Of a DNA stretch of 64,000 nt, positions 12,315-22,863 are shown in pieces; position 1 is the stretch's first letter; every line of letters begins with the position of its first letter. The notes under the pieces are model-generated. The model was not told where the DNA came from and did not search any database. It saw nothing but the letters and a program-made list of their open reading frames with translations. The stretch comes from an uncultured Acidobacteriota bacterium (GTDB lineage: Bacteria; Acidobacteriota; Thermoanaerobaculia; Multivoradales; UBA5704), in NCBI GenBank assembly GCA_963700145.1, contig OY969474.1:5391768-5455767 (forward strand), given 5' to 3'. The position numbers and the translations under genes were made by a program.

Positions 12315-14801
12315 TTACCGCAGCGAGCGGTACGGAGCGGCCTTCTCGGGCCGGCCCCAGGCCTCGTAGAGCGCGACGAGGCGGGCGAGATTGTCGCGGG
12401 CCTCGCGGGTCTCGAGGCCCTCGGGGTCGGGCGTCACCTGGAGGAGCGCGTGGGCACCGAGCAGGTGGGGCTCGGCGTCGGCGAAGCGGGAGAGGCGCGT
12501 GTAGGCGTCCCCGAGGAGGCTCCGGGTCGCACCGAGCCGCCAGTCGCCGGCGGGCAGGCTCTCCTGCTGGACGCCGAGCGCGTGGCGGAGCAGCGGCACC
12601 GCCTCGGCGGGGCGGCCCTGGTCCAGGTAGATGCGCGCCAGGCCCACCTCCTGGCGGGCGACCAAGGGGTGGTCGGGGCCCAGGGCCGGCCGGGAGATCC
12701 CGAGGGCCTCTTCGTTCATCGCCGCCGCCTCGGCGAGCTTGCCGCGCAGCCGCAGGACGTTGGCGAGGTTGGCGAGGCGCTGCGCGTTGTTGGGATGGTC
12801 CCGTCCCAGGCTGGCCTGGCTGATGCCGAGCGCCTCGCGGAACATCCCTTCGGCGGCGGCGTGGTCGCCGCGCTCGTTGACGGTCAGGGCCAGGTTGGCG
12901 AGCGCCGTGGCGGTGTCGGGGTGCCGCGGTCCGCTCGACTTGCGCGTCACCGCCAGGGTCTCGCGGAGCATGGTCTCGGCGCCGGCCCGGTCCCCCTTCT
13001 GTCGCAGGAGCAGACCCAGGTCGCTCATGCTGGTCGCCGTGTCGTGGTCGGCCGGTCCGAGCACCTTGCGGCGGATCGCCAGGGCGGCGCGGCAGTGCGC
13101 CTCGGCCTCGTCCAGGCGCCCCAGGTCGAGGAGCGCCCGCCCCAGCTCGCTGTGCGTCACGGCGACGTCCGCGTGCTCCTCGCCGAGGACCTGCCGCCGC
13201 ATCGCCAGCGCCTCCGTGAGCGTGATGCGGGCGGCGTCGAGCTCCGCCTTCTGCAGGCGGGCGACGCCGAGGTCGTTCAGGCTCTGCGCCAGCTCGGGGC
13301 TCGGCCCGAGGGTGCGGCGCCCGAGGGCGACGGCCTGGTCGAGCAGCGGCACGGCCAGCTCATAGGCGCCGCGCCGCTCGTAGATCCGGCCCAGGAGGGT
13401 GAGCATCTCGCGCTGCAGCTCGGGCTGGGCGGCGAGGTCCTGCCGCGCCCGCTCCGCGCCGGCGTCGAGCAGGCTCCGCACTGTGGGCTCGCCCTGACCG
13501 GCCACGTACGGGTCGGCGTGGCCCAGCAGGTCGGTGAGGAAGCCGCTCACCTGGGTCGCCTTCTCCGCCTCCTGGCGCACCCGGTCCCGCTCGTTGGCGA
13601 GCCGGGTGCCGTAGAACGCCACGACCGCGGCCAGGGCAAGGGCCACCGCGGCGGCCGCCGCCAGGCTGCGCGCGTGGCGGCGCACGAACTTCCGGGCCCG
13701 GTAGGGCACGGAATCGGGACGGGCGAGGATCGGCTCCTCCTCGAGGTTGCGGCGCAGGTCCTCGGCCAGGGCGGTGACCGACGCGTAGCGCTCCTCGGGG
13801 CGCTTCTTCAAGGCCTTGGCGACGATGGTGTCGAGGTCGCCCCGGAGCTCGCGCCGCAGGCGCGGGTCGGGGGCCGCGTCCGACATCCGGTCGGGCGCGG
13901 TCTCGACGACCGCCCGCAGCAGGTCGACCGGCGAGGCCCCGGGCTTGCCGAACGGATGGCGGCCGGCGAGGAGGAGGTAGAGCAGGGCGCCCAGGGCGTA
14001 GACGTCGGTGGCCGTGGTCACGCTCTCGCCGGTGATCTGCTCGGGCGCGGCGAACGACGGGGTGAAGGCGCGTCCCGCCTCCAGCGTCAACTGGGTCGCC
14101 GAAACGTCTTCCCCCTCGAGGAGCTTGGCGATGCCGAAGTCGAGGAGCTTCACCCGTCCGTCCTTCGACACCATGACGTTCGACGGCTTCAGGTCGCGGT
14201 GAACGACGAGGTTCGAGTGCGCGTGCGCCACGGCGGCGAGGACGTCGAGGAAGAGCCGCAGGCGGGACTCGACGTCGAGGCCGCGGCCGTCGCACCAGCG
14301 GTCGATCGGCTCGCCCTCGACGTACTCGAGCACCAGGTACGGCTGGCCGGCCTCGGAGACGCCGGCGTCGAAGAGCTGGGCGATGTGGGGGTGCTTCAAG
14401 CGCGCCAGGATCGTGGCCTCGCGGCGGAAGCGGGCGGCCCCCGCCGGGCCCAGGAGCGCGGCCGAGAGGAGCTTGATCGCGGCCGTGCCCTTGAAGCGGC
14501 CGTCGCTGCGCCGCGCCAGCCAGACGCTGCCCATGCCCCCGGCGCCGAGCGGCTCCAGCAGCTCGTAGGCGCCGAAGACCTGGCCGATGAGGCGCGATTC
14601 GGCGAGCAGGTCCTGCGCGTCGTGCTCCAGGTACTGCTCGTCGCGCAGGGCCCGCTCCTCGCCGAGGAGCTGCTCGAGGTCCGCGGCGAGCGCGGGGTCT
14701 TCTCGCGCGAGGTGGGTGAGGTACCGCTGCCGCTCCTCGACGGTGAGCTCGAGCGCCTCGTCGAGGTGGGGGCTGACGAGCCGCCAGCGCTCGCTCTTCA
14801 C
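12315..14801 (-). CDS. Ser/Thr protein kinase with TM helix and TPR repeats
   Basis: GTG start overlaps the sigma stop (GTGA); GAGGMGSV, AIK, HRDLKPSN, DFG, APE motifs; TM helix; TPR repeats (LGxxHPD). Confidence 0.92.
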   Translation of the reverse strand: MKSERWRLVSPHLDEALELTVEERQRYLTHLAREDPALAADLEQLLGEERALRDEQYLEHDAQDLLAESRLIGQVFGAYELLEPLGAGGMGSVWLARRSDGRFKGTAAIKLLSAALLGPAGAARFRREATILARLKHPHIAQLFDAGVSEAGQPYLVLEYVEGEPIDRWCDGRGLDVESRLRLFLDVLAAVAHAHSNLVVHRDLKPSNVMVSKDGRVKLLDFGIAKLLEGEDVSATQLTLEAGRAFTPSFAAPEQITGESVTTATDVYALGALLYLLLAGRHPFGKPGASPVDLLRAVVETAPDRMSDAAPDPRLRRELRGDLDTIVAKALKKRPEERYASVTALAEDLRRNLEEEPILARPDSVPYRARKFVRRHARSLAAAAAVALALAAVVAFYGTRLANERDRVRQEAEKATQVSGFLTDLLGHADPYVAGQGEPTVRSLLDAGAERARQDLAAQPELQREMLTLLGRIYERRGAYELAVPLLDQAVALGRRTLGPSPELAQSLNDLGVARLQKAELDAARITLTEALAMRRQVLGEEHADVAVTHSELGRALLDLGRLDEAEAHCRAALAIRRKVLGPADHDTATSMSDLGLLLRQKGDRAGAETMLRETLAVTRKSSGPRHPDTATALANLALTVNERGDHAAAEGMFREALGISQASLGRDHPNNAQRLANLANVLRLRGKLAEAAAMNEEALGISRPALGPDHPLVARQEVGLARIYLDQGRPAEAVPLLRHALGVQQESLPAGDWRLGATRSLLGDAYTRLSRFADAEPHLLGAHALLQVTPDPEGLETREARDNLARLVALYEAWGRPEKAAPYRSLR

Positions 14802-15370
14802 CCGAGCAGCTCCGTGCGCAGGGCGTGGCGCAGGTAGATCCGCGCCTTGTCCCACTGCCGCTGCACCGTGCGCTCGCTCACCCCGCGGAGCTCCCCGATC
14901 TCGGTGAAGGTGAAGCCGCAGAAGAACTTGAGGTCGACGACGTGCGCGATCTCCGGCTCCACGGCGGCGAGCTCGTCGAGCGCTTGGCCGAGCCGCTCGA
15001 TCTCTTCGGCGTCGTCCGGCGGGGCGCCGCCCACGTCCTTGCCGTCGATCGAGGTCAGCTCGAAGGCGCCGCCGCGCTTGCTGGCCTGCCGGCGGCGGAG
15101 GCCGTCGATGATCAGGCCGCGCATGACCCGTGCCGCATAGGTGAAGAAGCGGGCGCGGTCGGGGAAGGCCACGCCTTCTCGTTTCGCCATGTCGAGATAG
15201 GCCTCGTGGAGGAGGCTGGTCACGCCGAGCGCGGCGCCCGGGCCCGCGCGCGCCAGCTCGCGGCGCGCCAGCCCGCGCAGCTCGCGGTAGAGCGCCGCGA
15301 AGAGCGCTTCGGAGGCCTGGCCGTCGCCGCCGTCGGCGGAGCGAATCAGCGTCGAGAGGGGAGGTTCCAC
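14798..15370 (-). CDS. ECF-type sigma factor (kinase-associated, TIGR02999-like)
   Basis: LYRELRGLARR, LLHEAYL, FFTYAARVMRGLIID, KRGG, C-terminal HTH GVSERTVQRQW. Confidence 0.9.
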   Translation of the reverse strand: MEPPLSTLIRSADGGDGQASEALFAALYRELRGLARRELARAGPGAALGVTSLLHEAYLDMAKREGVAFPDRARFFTYAARVMRGLIIDGLRRRQASKRGGAFELTSIDGKDVGGAPPDDAEEIERLGQALDELAAVEPEIAHVVDLKFFCGFTFTEIGELRGVSERTVQRQWDKARIYLRHALRTELLG

Positions 15371-15466
15371 ACGGCCCTTCCGTACTTCCGAGTCCGATGT
15401 CTTGCGAGAAGGCTACGCTCACTCGGCGCCCGGCGCAATTTCAGCCGCTGCTAGGATCGCGCGCCT

Positions 15467-17953
15467 ATGCGCCCGACGATCCGGACCTGCTTCTCGCTCG
15501 CCCTCGCAGCCTGTCTCGCCGCCGTCGTCGTCAGGGCGCAGGAACCGCCCGCTCCCGCTCCTGCTGCCCCTCCCCCAGCCGACGAGATCACGCTCGAAAA
15601 GATCATGGCCGACCCGGAGTGGATCGGGAACGCGCCGCTCATGCCCTACTGGGCCGATGACGGCAGCGCCGTGTACTTCGAGCGCGAGCGGCAGGGGGAG
15701 GACACGCTCGACCTCTTCCGCCTCGACCTCTCAACCGGCGAGGCGCGGCGGGTGGAGGACGCCGAGCGCGGGCGCGCCGACGCGCGCGGCGGCGACTGGT
15801 CGGAGGACCGGACGAAGAAGGCCTTCGCCCGCGAGGGGGACGCCTTCTGGAAGGACGTGGCGACCGGCGTCGAGCGCCAGCTCACGCGCACCGCCGAGAG
15901 GGAGGTCGCGGTGCAATTCCTCGCCGGCGACCGGCGCGTCGCCTACCGGCGCGGCAACCACTGGTTCGCCCGCGACCTCGAGGGCGGGCCCGAGGTCCAG
16001 CTCGCCGACCTCCAGCTCGCCAAGGACCCGGCGACCCTGGACGAGGAGGAGGGCTTCCTGGAGACCCAGCAGGAGCGGCTCTTCGAGGTCGTCCGCCAGC
16101 GCGAGAAGGAGCAGGAGACCGCGCGCCGCGTCGAGCGCGAGCGCCAGCAGGCCGACCCCACCCGCCCGCCGCTGCCGTTCTACCTCGGCAAGGACGTGGA
16201 GATCACCGACAGCGCGCTCTCGCCGACCGGCGAGTGGCTGGTCGTCGCGCTGCTGCCCGCGGAGATGGACGAGGGGAAGGCAGACAAGATGCCGGTCTTC
16301 GTCACCGAGCACGGCTACGTGGACGTCGAGGACCTGCGCCCGAACGTCGGCACCGGCAAGCCGGTCTCGCCGACCCTCCTCCTCCTCGACCTCGGCAAGA
16401 ACGAGAAGCACGAGCTGGACCTCGGCATCCTGCCCGGGATCGAGGACGACCCGCTCAAGGACCTGCGGAAGAAGGCGGAGGCGGAGGCGAAGGCGAAAGA
16501 CGGGAAAGACGGGAAAGACGGGAAGGACGAGAAGAAGGGTGGCAAGGAGAAGGAGGACGCCAAGCCCGCGCCGCGCCCGGCCGAGCTCCACCGCATCGTC
16601 TGGAGCGAGGACGGCGGGCGCGTCGTCGTCCAGCTCTACTCCTACGACAACAAGGACCGCTGGATCGCGGTGGTGGACCTCGAGAAGAAGCGCCTCGTCC
16701 CGGTCCACCGCATCAGCGACCCTGCCTGGGTCAACGACTGGGACCACGACGAGCTTGGCTGGCTGCGCGACGGCCGCACCCTCTGGTTCCTCTCCGAGGA
16801 GAGCGGCTACTCGCACATCCACCTGCGCCCGGTGCCGGCGGGGCGGGCGCGGCAGCTGACGCGCGGCGAGTTCGAGGTCTCGGACGTCGTCCTGTCGCGC
16901 GACGGCACCAGCTTCTTCGCCCTCGCCAACCGCGAGCACCCGGGGGTCTACGAGGTGTACCGCGTGCCGATCGACGAGGGCGCGGTCGAGCGGCTCACCG
17001 CGCTCGACGGTTCGACCGAGTACGTGCTGTCGCCGGACGAGCGGCAGCTCCTCCTCTGGCACTCGACGACGACGCACCCGCCGGAGCTCTCCGTGCAGCC
17101 GGCGGCGCCGGGGGCGCCGGCGCGGCGCCTGACCGACACGACGAGCGACGCCTTCGAGGCGATCCGCTGGACGGCGCCGGAGGTGGTTGCGGTGCCGTCG
17201 AGCCACACCAAGCAGCCGATCTGGTCGCGGGTCTACACCCCGGCCGACTGGAGCGCTGACCGGAAGTGGCCGGCGGTGGTCTTCGTCCACGGCGCCGGGT
17301 ACCTGCAGAACGCGCACAAGGGGTGGTCGAGCTACTTCCGCGAGTTCATGTTCCACAGCCTGCTCACCCGGCGGGGGTACGTGGTGCTCGACATGGACTA
17401 CCGCGCCTCGGCCGGCTACGGCCGCGACTGGCGGACGGCGATCTACCGCCAGATGGGGTACCCGGAGCTGGAGGACCTGGAAGACGGGGTCAAGTGGATC
17501 GCCGCGAACAAGGCCGTGGACCCGGCGCGAGTGGGCGTCTACGGCGGCTCTTACGGCGGCTTCCTCACCTTCATGGCGCTCTTCCGCAAGCCCGACCTCT
17601 TCGCCGCCGGCGCGGCGCTCCGCCCGGTCACCGACTGGGCGCACTACAACCACGGCTACACCTCGAACATCCTCAACGTCCCCGAGGTGGACCCCGAGGC
17701 CTACCGCAAGTCCTCGCCGATCGAGTACGCCGAGGGCCTGCGCAAGCCGCTCCTCATCTGCCACGGCATGGTGGACGACAACGTCGTCTTCCAGGACTCC
17801 GTCCGCCTGGTCCAGCGCCTCATCGAGCTCGGCAAGACCGAGCACTTCGAGACCGCCATCTACCCCGTCGAGCCCCACGGCTTCCTGGAACCCTCCTCCT
17901 GGCTCGACGAGTACCGGCGGGTGTACGAGCTGATGGAGGAGAACCTGAGGTAG
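15467..17953 (+). CDS. S9 family (DPP IV-like) peptidase
   Basis: Signal peptide; propeller region; GGSYGG nucleophile; HGMVDDNV and PHGF triad motifs. Confidence 0.92.
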   Translation: MRPTIRTCFSLALAACLAAVVVRAQEPPAPAPAAPPPADEITLEKIMADPEWIGNAPLMPYWADDGSAVYFERERQGEDTLDLFRLDLSTGEARRVEDAERGRADARGGDWSEDRTKKAFAREGDAFWKDVATGVERQLTRTAEREVAVQFLAGDRRVAYRRGNHWFARDLEGGPEVQLADLQLAKDPATLDEEEGFLETQQERLFEVVRQREKEQETARRVERERQQADPTRPPLPFYLGKDVEITDSALSPTGEWLVVALLPAEMDEGKADKMPVFVTEHGYVDVEDLRPNVGTGKPVSPTLLLLDLGKNEKHELDLGILPGIEDDPLKDLRKKAEAEAKAKDGKDGKDGKDEKKGGKEKEDAKPAPRPAELHRIVWSEDGGRVVVQLYSYDNKDRWIAVVDLEKKRLVPVHRISDPAWVNDWDHDELGWLRDGRTLWFLSEESGYSHIHLRPVPAGRARQLTRGEFEVSDVVLSRDGTSFFALANREHPGVYEVYRVPIDEGAVERLTALDGSTEYVLSPDERQLLLWHSTTTHPPELSVQPAAPGAPARRLTDTTSDAFEAIRWTAPEVVAVPSSHTKQPIWSRVYTPADWSADRKWPAVVFVHGAGYLQNAHKGWSSYFREFMFHSLLTRRGYVVLDMDYRASAGYGRDWRTAIYRQMGYPELEDLEDGVKWIAANKAVDPARVGVYGGSYGGFLTFMALFRKPDLFAAGAALRPVTDWAHYNHGYTSNILNVPEVDPEAYRKSSPIEYAEGLRKPLLICHGMVDDNVVFQDSVRLVQRLIELGKTEHFETAIYPVEPHGFLEPSSWLDEYRRVYELMEENLR

Positions 17954-17955
17954 AG

Positions 17956-18348
17956 ATGGACCGCCGCTCCGTTTCGTCCGGCAGCCCGTTCGAGCCGCTC
18001 CTTGGGCTTTCGCGGGCGGTGCGGGTTGGGAACGTCATCGCAGTGAGCGGCACGGCGCCGCTGGGGCCGGACGGGAAGACGGTGTGCGCCGGCGACGCCG
18101 CGGGGCAGGCGCGGCGGTGCTTCGAGATCGCGGCGGCGGCGCTGGAGCAGCTCGGCGCGAGCCTGGCCGACGTCGTGCGCACCCGGATCCTGCTGACTCG
18201 CATCGAGGACTGGCGGGCGGTGGGGGAGGTGCACGGTGAGGTGTTCCGCGACATCCGTCCCGCCAACACCGTGATGCAGGTCATCCGCTTCATCGACCCC
18301 GAGTGGCTGGTGGAGGTCGAGGTGGACGCGGTCGTGAGGGAAGGCTGA
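17956..18348 (+). CDS. RidA/YjgF family protein
   Basis: SRAVRVGN.IAVSGT, DVVRTR, HGEVFRDIRPANT, LVEVEVDA. Confidence 0.88.
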   Translation: MDRRSVSSGSPFEPLLGLSRAVRVGNVIAVSGTAPLGPDGKTVCAGDAAGQARRCFEIAAAALEQLGASLADVVRTRILLTRIEDWRAVGEVHGEVFRDIRPANTVMQVIRFIDPEWLVEVEVDAVVREG

Positions 18349-18478
18349 CCCCCGGGCCTCCGCCGCGGCTCTGCAACCCGCAGCTCAATCAGTGCCTGCT
18401 CAGGCAGGCGACCCTACGGGTAGCTGAGCCCATCACCGGGCTCAGCAACTTTCTGCCCGCCGCCGCCGTAATGGGCTC

Positions 18479-20938
18479 ATGCTCCAGACGCTCCGCTCGC
18501 TCGTCCGCGGCCTCCTTCGCAGCCCCGCCTTCACCGCCCTCGCGGTCCTGACGCTGGCCGTCGGGATCGGCGCCACGACCGCGGTCTTCAGCCTGGTCAA
18601 CGCCATCCTCCTGCGGCCGCTGCCGTTCTCCGAGCCGGAGCGGCTGGTGGGCGTGTGGCACAGCGCGCCGGGGCTCGACATCCAGCAGTTCGAGCACTCG
18701 CTCGGCACCTACGTCATGTACCAGCGGCACGCCCGCTCCATCGAGGAGATCGGCCTCTACGACGCCGGCAGCGCGAGCCTCACCGACGGCGCGAGCCCCG
18801 AGCGGGTCACCGCCGCCGGCGCCACCGCCTCGCTCTTCACCGTGCTGCGCGTGGCGCCCGCGCGCGGGCGCGTCTTCGTCGAGGGCGACGAGCATCCGGA
18901 CGCCGAGCCCACCGTGATCCTCTCCGACGCCCTCTGGCGGCGGCGCTTCGGCGGCGACCCGGCAGCGGTCGGCAAGACGCTGCGGGTGAACGGCGTGGCG
19001 CGGCAGGTGGTCGGCGTCATGGCGCCGAGCTTCCGCTTCCCCGAGGCCGACACCGAGCTCTGGCTGCCGGTGACGATCGACGAGGCGAACCTCGAGATCG
19101 GCAACTTCAACTGGTACGGGATCGCGCGGCTCGCCCCCGGCGCCACGCCCGAGACCGCGCAGCGCGAGCTGGCCGCCATCATCCGGCGCATCCCCGAGGA
19201 GTTCCCGAACGAGGACATCACCGCCGGCATGATGGAGCACGCGCGCTTCACCACCCTGGTCCACCCGCAGCGCGATGACGTGGTGGGCGACATCCAGCGG
19301 GCGCTCTGGGTGCTGCTTGGCGCCGTCGGCGTGATCCTGCTCATCGCCTGCGCCAACGTCGCCAACCTCTTCCTGGTGCGCGCCGAGGCGCGGCAGCGCG
19401 AGGTCGCGGTGCGCACCGCGCTCGGCGCCTCGCGCGGCGCCATCGCCCGCACCTTCCTCGGCGAGACGGCGCTCCTCGCCCTGGCCGGCGGCGCCCTCGG
19501 GCTCCTCCTCGCCGGCGCCGGGCTGCGCGTGCTGCTGGCGCTCGGGCCGGAGGGGATCCCGCGCCTCGAAGAGGTGGGGATCGACCTCCCGGTCCTCGGC
19601 TTCACCCTCCTCGTCTCGCTCTTCGCGGCTCTCCTCTGCGGCGGCTTCGCCGCGCTGCGCTACGGCACCCCCGAGCTGGTGCCGGCGCTCAAGGAAGGCG
19701 GGCGCGGCGGCTCGACCGGGCGCGAGCGCCACCGTGCGCGCAACCTGCTGGTCGTCGCCCAGATGGCCCTCGCCCTGGTCCTCCTGGTGTGCTCCGGACT
19801 CATGGTGCGCAGCTTCTGGCGCCTGCGCCACGTCGACCCCGGGCTCGACCCGCGGGGCGTGCTCACCGCCCGCTTGGCGCTGCCGGAGACCGAGTACCCT
19901 GACGAGGCCGCCAACGCCCGCTTCACGACCGCGCTCCTCGAGCGGGTGCGCGCCCTCCCCGCGGTCGTGGAAGCCGGCACGGTGACCCTCCTGCCGCTCA
20001 CCGGCGGCGGCTCGAACAGCGCCCACACCTTCGAGGACCACCCGCTCCCGCCCGACGCCGTGCCGCCGATCATCGCGGTGCGCTTCGCGACGCCGGAGTA
20101 CTTCCGGGCGATGGGTATCCCGCTCGTCGCCGGCCGCACCCTCAGCCCCGTCGACCCGGCGCGGGCGACCAACGAGATCGTGGTCAGCGCCGCCCTGGCC
20201 GAGCGCTTCTGGCCCGGCAAGAGCGCGCTCGGGCGGCGGATCGTCCAGGGGCTGAAGCAGGAGGGGAACGAGTGGTCGGAGATCGTCGGCGTCGTCGGCA
20301 GCGTGCGCGACGAAGGGCTGCACGAGAAGCCGTTCGAGGCGATCTACTACCCGCTGCGGCGGATCCAGCCGGCCGAGGAGGAGGAGGACTGGGTGCCGCG
20401 CAACTTCACCCTCGTGGTGAAGGTGGAGGGCGAGCCGATGGACGCCGCCGCCGCGGTGCGCGAGGCGGTCTGGGGGCTCGACCGTAACCTGCCGGTGGCG
20501 CAGGTGCGGACGATGGAGGAGGTTCTGGAGCGCTCGACCGCGCGCACCTCCTTCACCATGCTCCTGCTGCTGGTGGCCGCGGTGATGGCGGTGCTCCTGG
20601 GCGCCGTCGGCAACTACGGCGTCATCTCCTACGTGGTCAGCCAGCGGACGCGCGAGATCGGCGTGCGCATGGCGCTCGGCGCCGCGCGCGGCGACGTCGC
20701 CGGCCTGGTGCTGCGGCAGGGGCTGTGGATGGCCCTGGGCGGCGTGGCGATCGGCCTCGCCGGCGCCTTCGCGCTCACGCGCCTCTTGCGCGCGCTGCTC
20801 TTCGAGGTGAGCCCCACGGACCCGGCGACCTTCGGCGCCGTCTCGGTCGTCCTCGTCGCGGTGGCCCTGCTCGCCAGCTACCTGCCGGCGCGGCGGGCGG
20901 CGTCGGTCGACCCGCTGGAGGCGATCCGCTACGAGTAA
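18479..20938 (+). CDS. ADOP-type duplicated ABC permease (MacB/FtsX domains)
   Basis: [56 protein letters not shown]; no adjacent ATPase. Confidence 0.92.
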   Translation: MLQTLRSLVRGLLRSPAFTALAVLTLAVGIGATTAVFSLVNAILLRPLPFSEPERLVGVWHSAPGLDIQQFEHSLGTYVMYQRHARSIEEIGLYDAGSASLTDGASPERVTAAGATASLFTVLRVAPARGRVFVEGDEHPDAEPTVILSDALWRRRFGGDPAAVGKTLRVNGVARQVVGVMAPSFRFPEADTELWLPVTIDEANLEIGNFNWYGIARLAPGATPETAQRELAAIIRRIPEEFPNEDITAGMMEHARFTTLVHPQRDDVVGDIQRALWVLLGAVGVILLIACANVANLFLVRAEARQREVAVRTALGASRGAIARTFLGETALLALAGGALGLLLAGAGLRVLLALGPEGIPRLEEVGIDLPVLGFTLLVSLFAALLCGGFAALRYGTPELVPALKEGGRGGSTGRERHRARNLLVVAQMALALVLLVCSGLMVRSFWRLRHVDPGLDPRGVLTARLALPETEYPDEAANARFTTALLERVRALPAVVEAGTVTLLPLTGGGSNSAHTFEDHPLPPDAVPPIIAVRFATPEYFRAMGIPLVAGRTLSPVDPARATNEIVVSAALAERFWPGKSALGRRIVQGLKQEGNEWSEIVGVVGSVRDEGLHEKPFEAIYYPLRRIQPAEEEEDWVPRNFTLVVKVEGEPMDAAAAVREAVWGLDRNLPVAQVRTMEEVLERSTARTSFTMLLLLVAAVMAVLLGAVGNYGVISYVVSQRTREIGVRMALGAARGDVAGLVLRQGLWMALGGVAIGLAGAFALTRLLRALLFEVSPTDPATFGAVSVVLVAVALLASYLPARRAASVDPLEAIRYE

Positions 20939-20982
20939 CAATTGCGCCACGGCTGGCGTCTGAACCTCAGGAGGACTCCGTC

Positions 20983-21588
20983 ATGACGCAAAGCGCGCAG
21001 GTGTCTTGGCTCCGTTGGACCGTCCTGACCACCGTCGGTCTGGTCGCGGGCCTCGCAGCCGCGGCGGCCGCCGGCGGCCCGGCCGAGGCGGTGGTGGGGA
21101 TGCTATTGGCGATGCCGGTCGTGACCGGTACGGTGGGGCTAGTGCTCGGCGGGACGCAGTGGCTCGAGCTGCGGCGGCGCGTGCGGCCGGCGGGCTGGTG
21201 GATCGCCGCCAGCGCCGTCGGCTTGAGTATCGGGCTCCTCGGCGGCATCGCGATCGTTGAGCAGATCGGCCGCGGCGTCACCGGCGGGCAGGTGAGCCTG
21301 CGGTCGATGGGGAGCGGCTGGGTCGTCGCGAGCTTCGCCATTGTCGGCGTGGTGAGCGGCGCGCTCCTCGGGCTGATGCAGTGGTTGGCCTTCCGCCGCT
21401 TCGGCCTGCCCGGCGCCTTCTGGGTCGCCACCAGCACGCTGGCGATGAGCGCCGCGCTGGTCACCGGCTCGCTCCTCGCGGAGCTCGTCACCCCCGGGGT
21501 GATGACACCCGCCGGCTTCGCCCTCTTCGCGCTTCTGGCGGGGGCGATTCTCGGCGCGGTCTCCGGGCGCCGGCTGCGCGCGGTGTGA
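20983..21588 (+). CDS. Multi-pass membrane protein, unknown function
   Basis: RBS AGGAGG; about 6 hydrophobic helices with repeated QW-L-RR motifs. Confidence 0.7.
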   Translation: MTQSAQVSWLRWTVLTTVGLVAGLAAAAAAGGPAEAVVGMLLAMPVVTGTVGLVLGGTQWLELRRRVRPAGWWIAASAVGLSIGLLGGIAIVEQIGRGVTGGQVSLRSMGSGWVVASFAIVGVVSGALLGLMQWLAFRRFGLPGAFWVATSTLAMSAALVTGSLLAELVTPGVMTPAGFALFALLAGAILGAVSGRRLRAV

Positions 21589-21656
21589 TTCGCCGGCCCC
21601 CGCTGTCGGCTCCTGAGTCCAATCCGCTTGCCGCCGGGGGGCGTATCCTTGCTGCA

Positions 21657-22289
21657 ATGAAGACGACGATCCTTTCCGCCCTCCTCCTCACCGCCGCTGG
21701 CGCGCTGGCGGCGGCCGCCCTCGACCATACGCACGCGCCGGCCGCGAAGCCTGCCAAGCCGGCGGCCGGCGCCAAGCTCGCCAAGGCGACCTTCGCCGGC
21801 GGCTGCTTCTGGTGCATGGAGCCGCCGTTCGATCACCTGCCGGGGGTGGTCTCGACGACCTCGGGCTACATCGGCGGCGCCAAGAAGAACCCCACCTATG
21901 AAGAGGTCTCGAGCGGCGGCACCGGGCACGCGGAGGCCGTCGAGGTGGCCTACGACCCGGCGAAGGTGAGCTACGAGAAGCTGCTCGAGGTCTTCTGGAA
22001 GAACATCGACCCGACGGTCGAGAACCGCCAGTTCTGCGACGTCGGCGAGCAGTACCGCTCGGCGATCTTCACCCACGGCGAAACGCAACGGCGGCTCGCC
22101 GAGGCCTCGAAGCGGAGGCTCGAACCGCGCTTCCGCGACGGCATCCGGACCGAGATCGTGCCGGCCGGGCCGTTCTATCCCGCCGAGGAGTACCACCAGG
22201 ACTACTACACGAAGAACCCGATCCGCTACAAGCTCTACCGCACCGGCTGCGGCCGCGACCGCCGGCTCGAAGAGGTCTGGGGCAGGTAG
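21657..22289 (+). CDS. msrA: Peptide-methionine (S)-sulfoxide reductase, exported
   Basis: FAGGCFWCME, GHAEAV, QYRSAIF, AEEYHQDYY; N-terminal signal peptide. Confidence 0.95.
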   Translation: MKTTILSALLLTAAGALAAAALDHTHAPAAKPAKPAAGAKLAKATFAGGCFWCMEPPFDHLPGVVSTTSGYIGGAKKNPTYEEVSSGGTGHAEAVEVAYDPAKVSYEKLLEVFWKNIDPTVENRQFCDVGEQYRSAIFTHGETQRRLAEASKRRLEPRFRDGIRTEIVPAGPFYPAEEYHQDYYTKNPIRYKLYRTGCGRDRRLEEVWGR

Positions 22290-22849
22290 CGCGCGACGAG
22301 CGCGGCGACGAGGCCGGCGGCGCCGCCGAGGAGGTGCACGAGCGGGACGACCGCCACCCCGGCCGGCAGCGCGCCGGCCGCCGCCGCGCGGCCGGTCGCG
22401 GTCTCGGAGAGGACCTTCCCAGCGAAGAGCGCCAGCGCCGCGGCGGCGAGGAGCCGCCGCCGGGCCGGTCCCGGCCCGGCCGCCAGCTCGACCGCGACGA
22501 GGACGAAGAGCGCCGCCGCTAGCCCCGAGCTGCCGCGGTAGGTCGCGAGGCTTGGGAGGAGGAAATGGACGCCGAGCGCGGTCGCCGCGGCGGCGAGGAG
22601 GAGGGCGACGGCGAGGGCCCGCCGCCGCCCCCGCACCTCCAGCCAGCCGCCGAGGAGCGCCAGCGCTCCGAGGTCGGCGAGGGCCATGCGCGGCGTCCAG
22701 TGGACGAGCTGCGCGGTGAGCGGCCGCCAGACTTCGCCGGCCCGGACGAGGTCGCGGTCGTACTCCAGGCGGGGGGGCAGCCCGTCGAGCGCCGAGAGGA
22801 GCGCGGCGCAGCCCACCAGCGCCGCGGTCACCCAGGGGAGGCGGCGCAC
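22235..22849 (-). CDS. Rhombosortase (GlyGly-CTERM-associated rhomboid protease)
   Basis: GEVWRPLTAQLVHW, YRGSSG (catalytic Ser), VHLLG (catalytic His); next to a GlyGly-CTERM protein; start uncertain. Confidence 0.8.
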   Translation of the reverse strand: MRRLPWVTAALVGCAALLSALDGLPPRLEYDRDLVRAGEVWRPLTAQLVHWTPRMALADLGALALLGGWLEVRGRRRALAVALLLAAAATALGVHFLLPSLATYRGSSGLAAALFVLVAVELAAGPGPARRRLLAAAALALFAGKVLSETATGRAAAAGALPAGVAVVPLVHLLGGAAGLVAALVARYLPQTSSSRRSRPQPVR

Positions 22850-22863
22850 CCGCGGCGGTGCCG

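Noticed and set aside
16490-16560. 9-bp GAAAGACGG repeats in the S9 peptidase
   Set aside because: In-frame low-complexity KDG linker, ordinary.
18389-20950. Long antisense or alternate-frame ORFs (e.g. 18389-20950 -, 4746-6782 -, 12450-14837 +, 54297-57707 -, 59178-61826 -)
   Set aside because: Shadow ORFs expected at very high GC; Arg/Ala/Pro/Gly-rich, no motifs, and overlapping well-supported genes.
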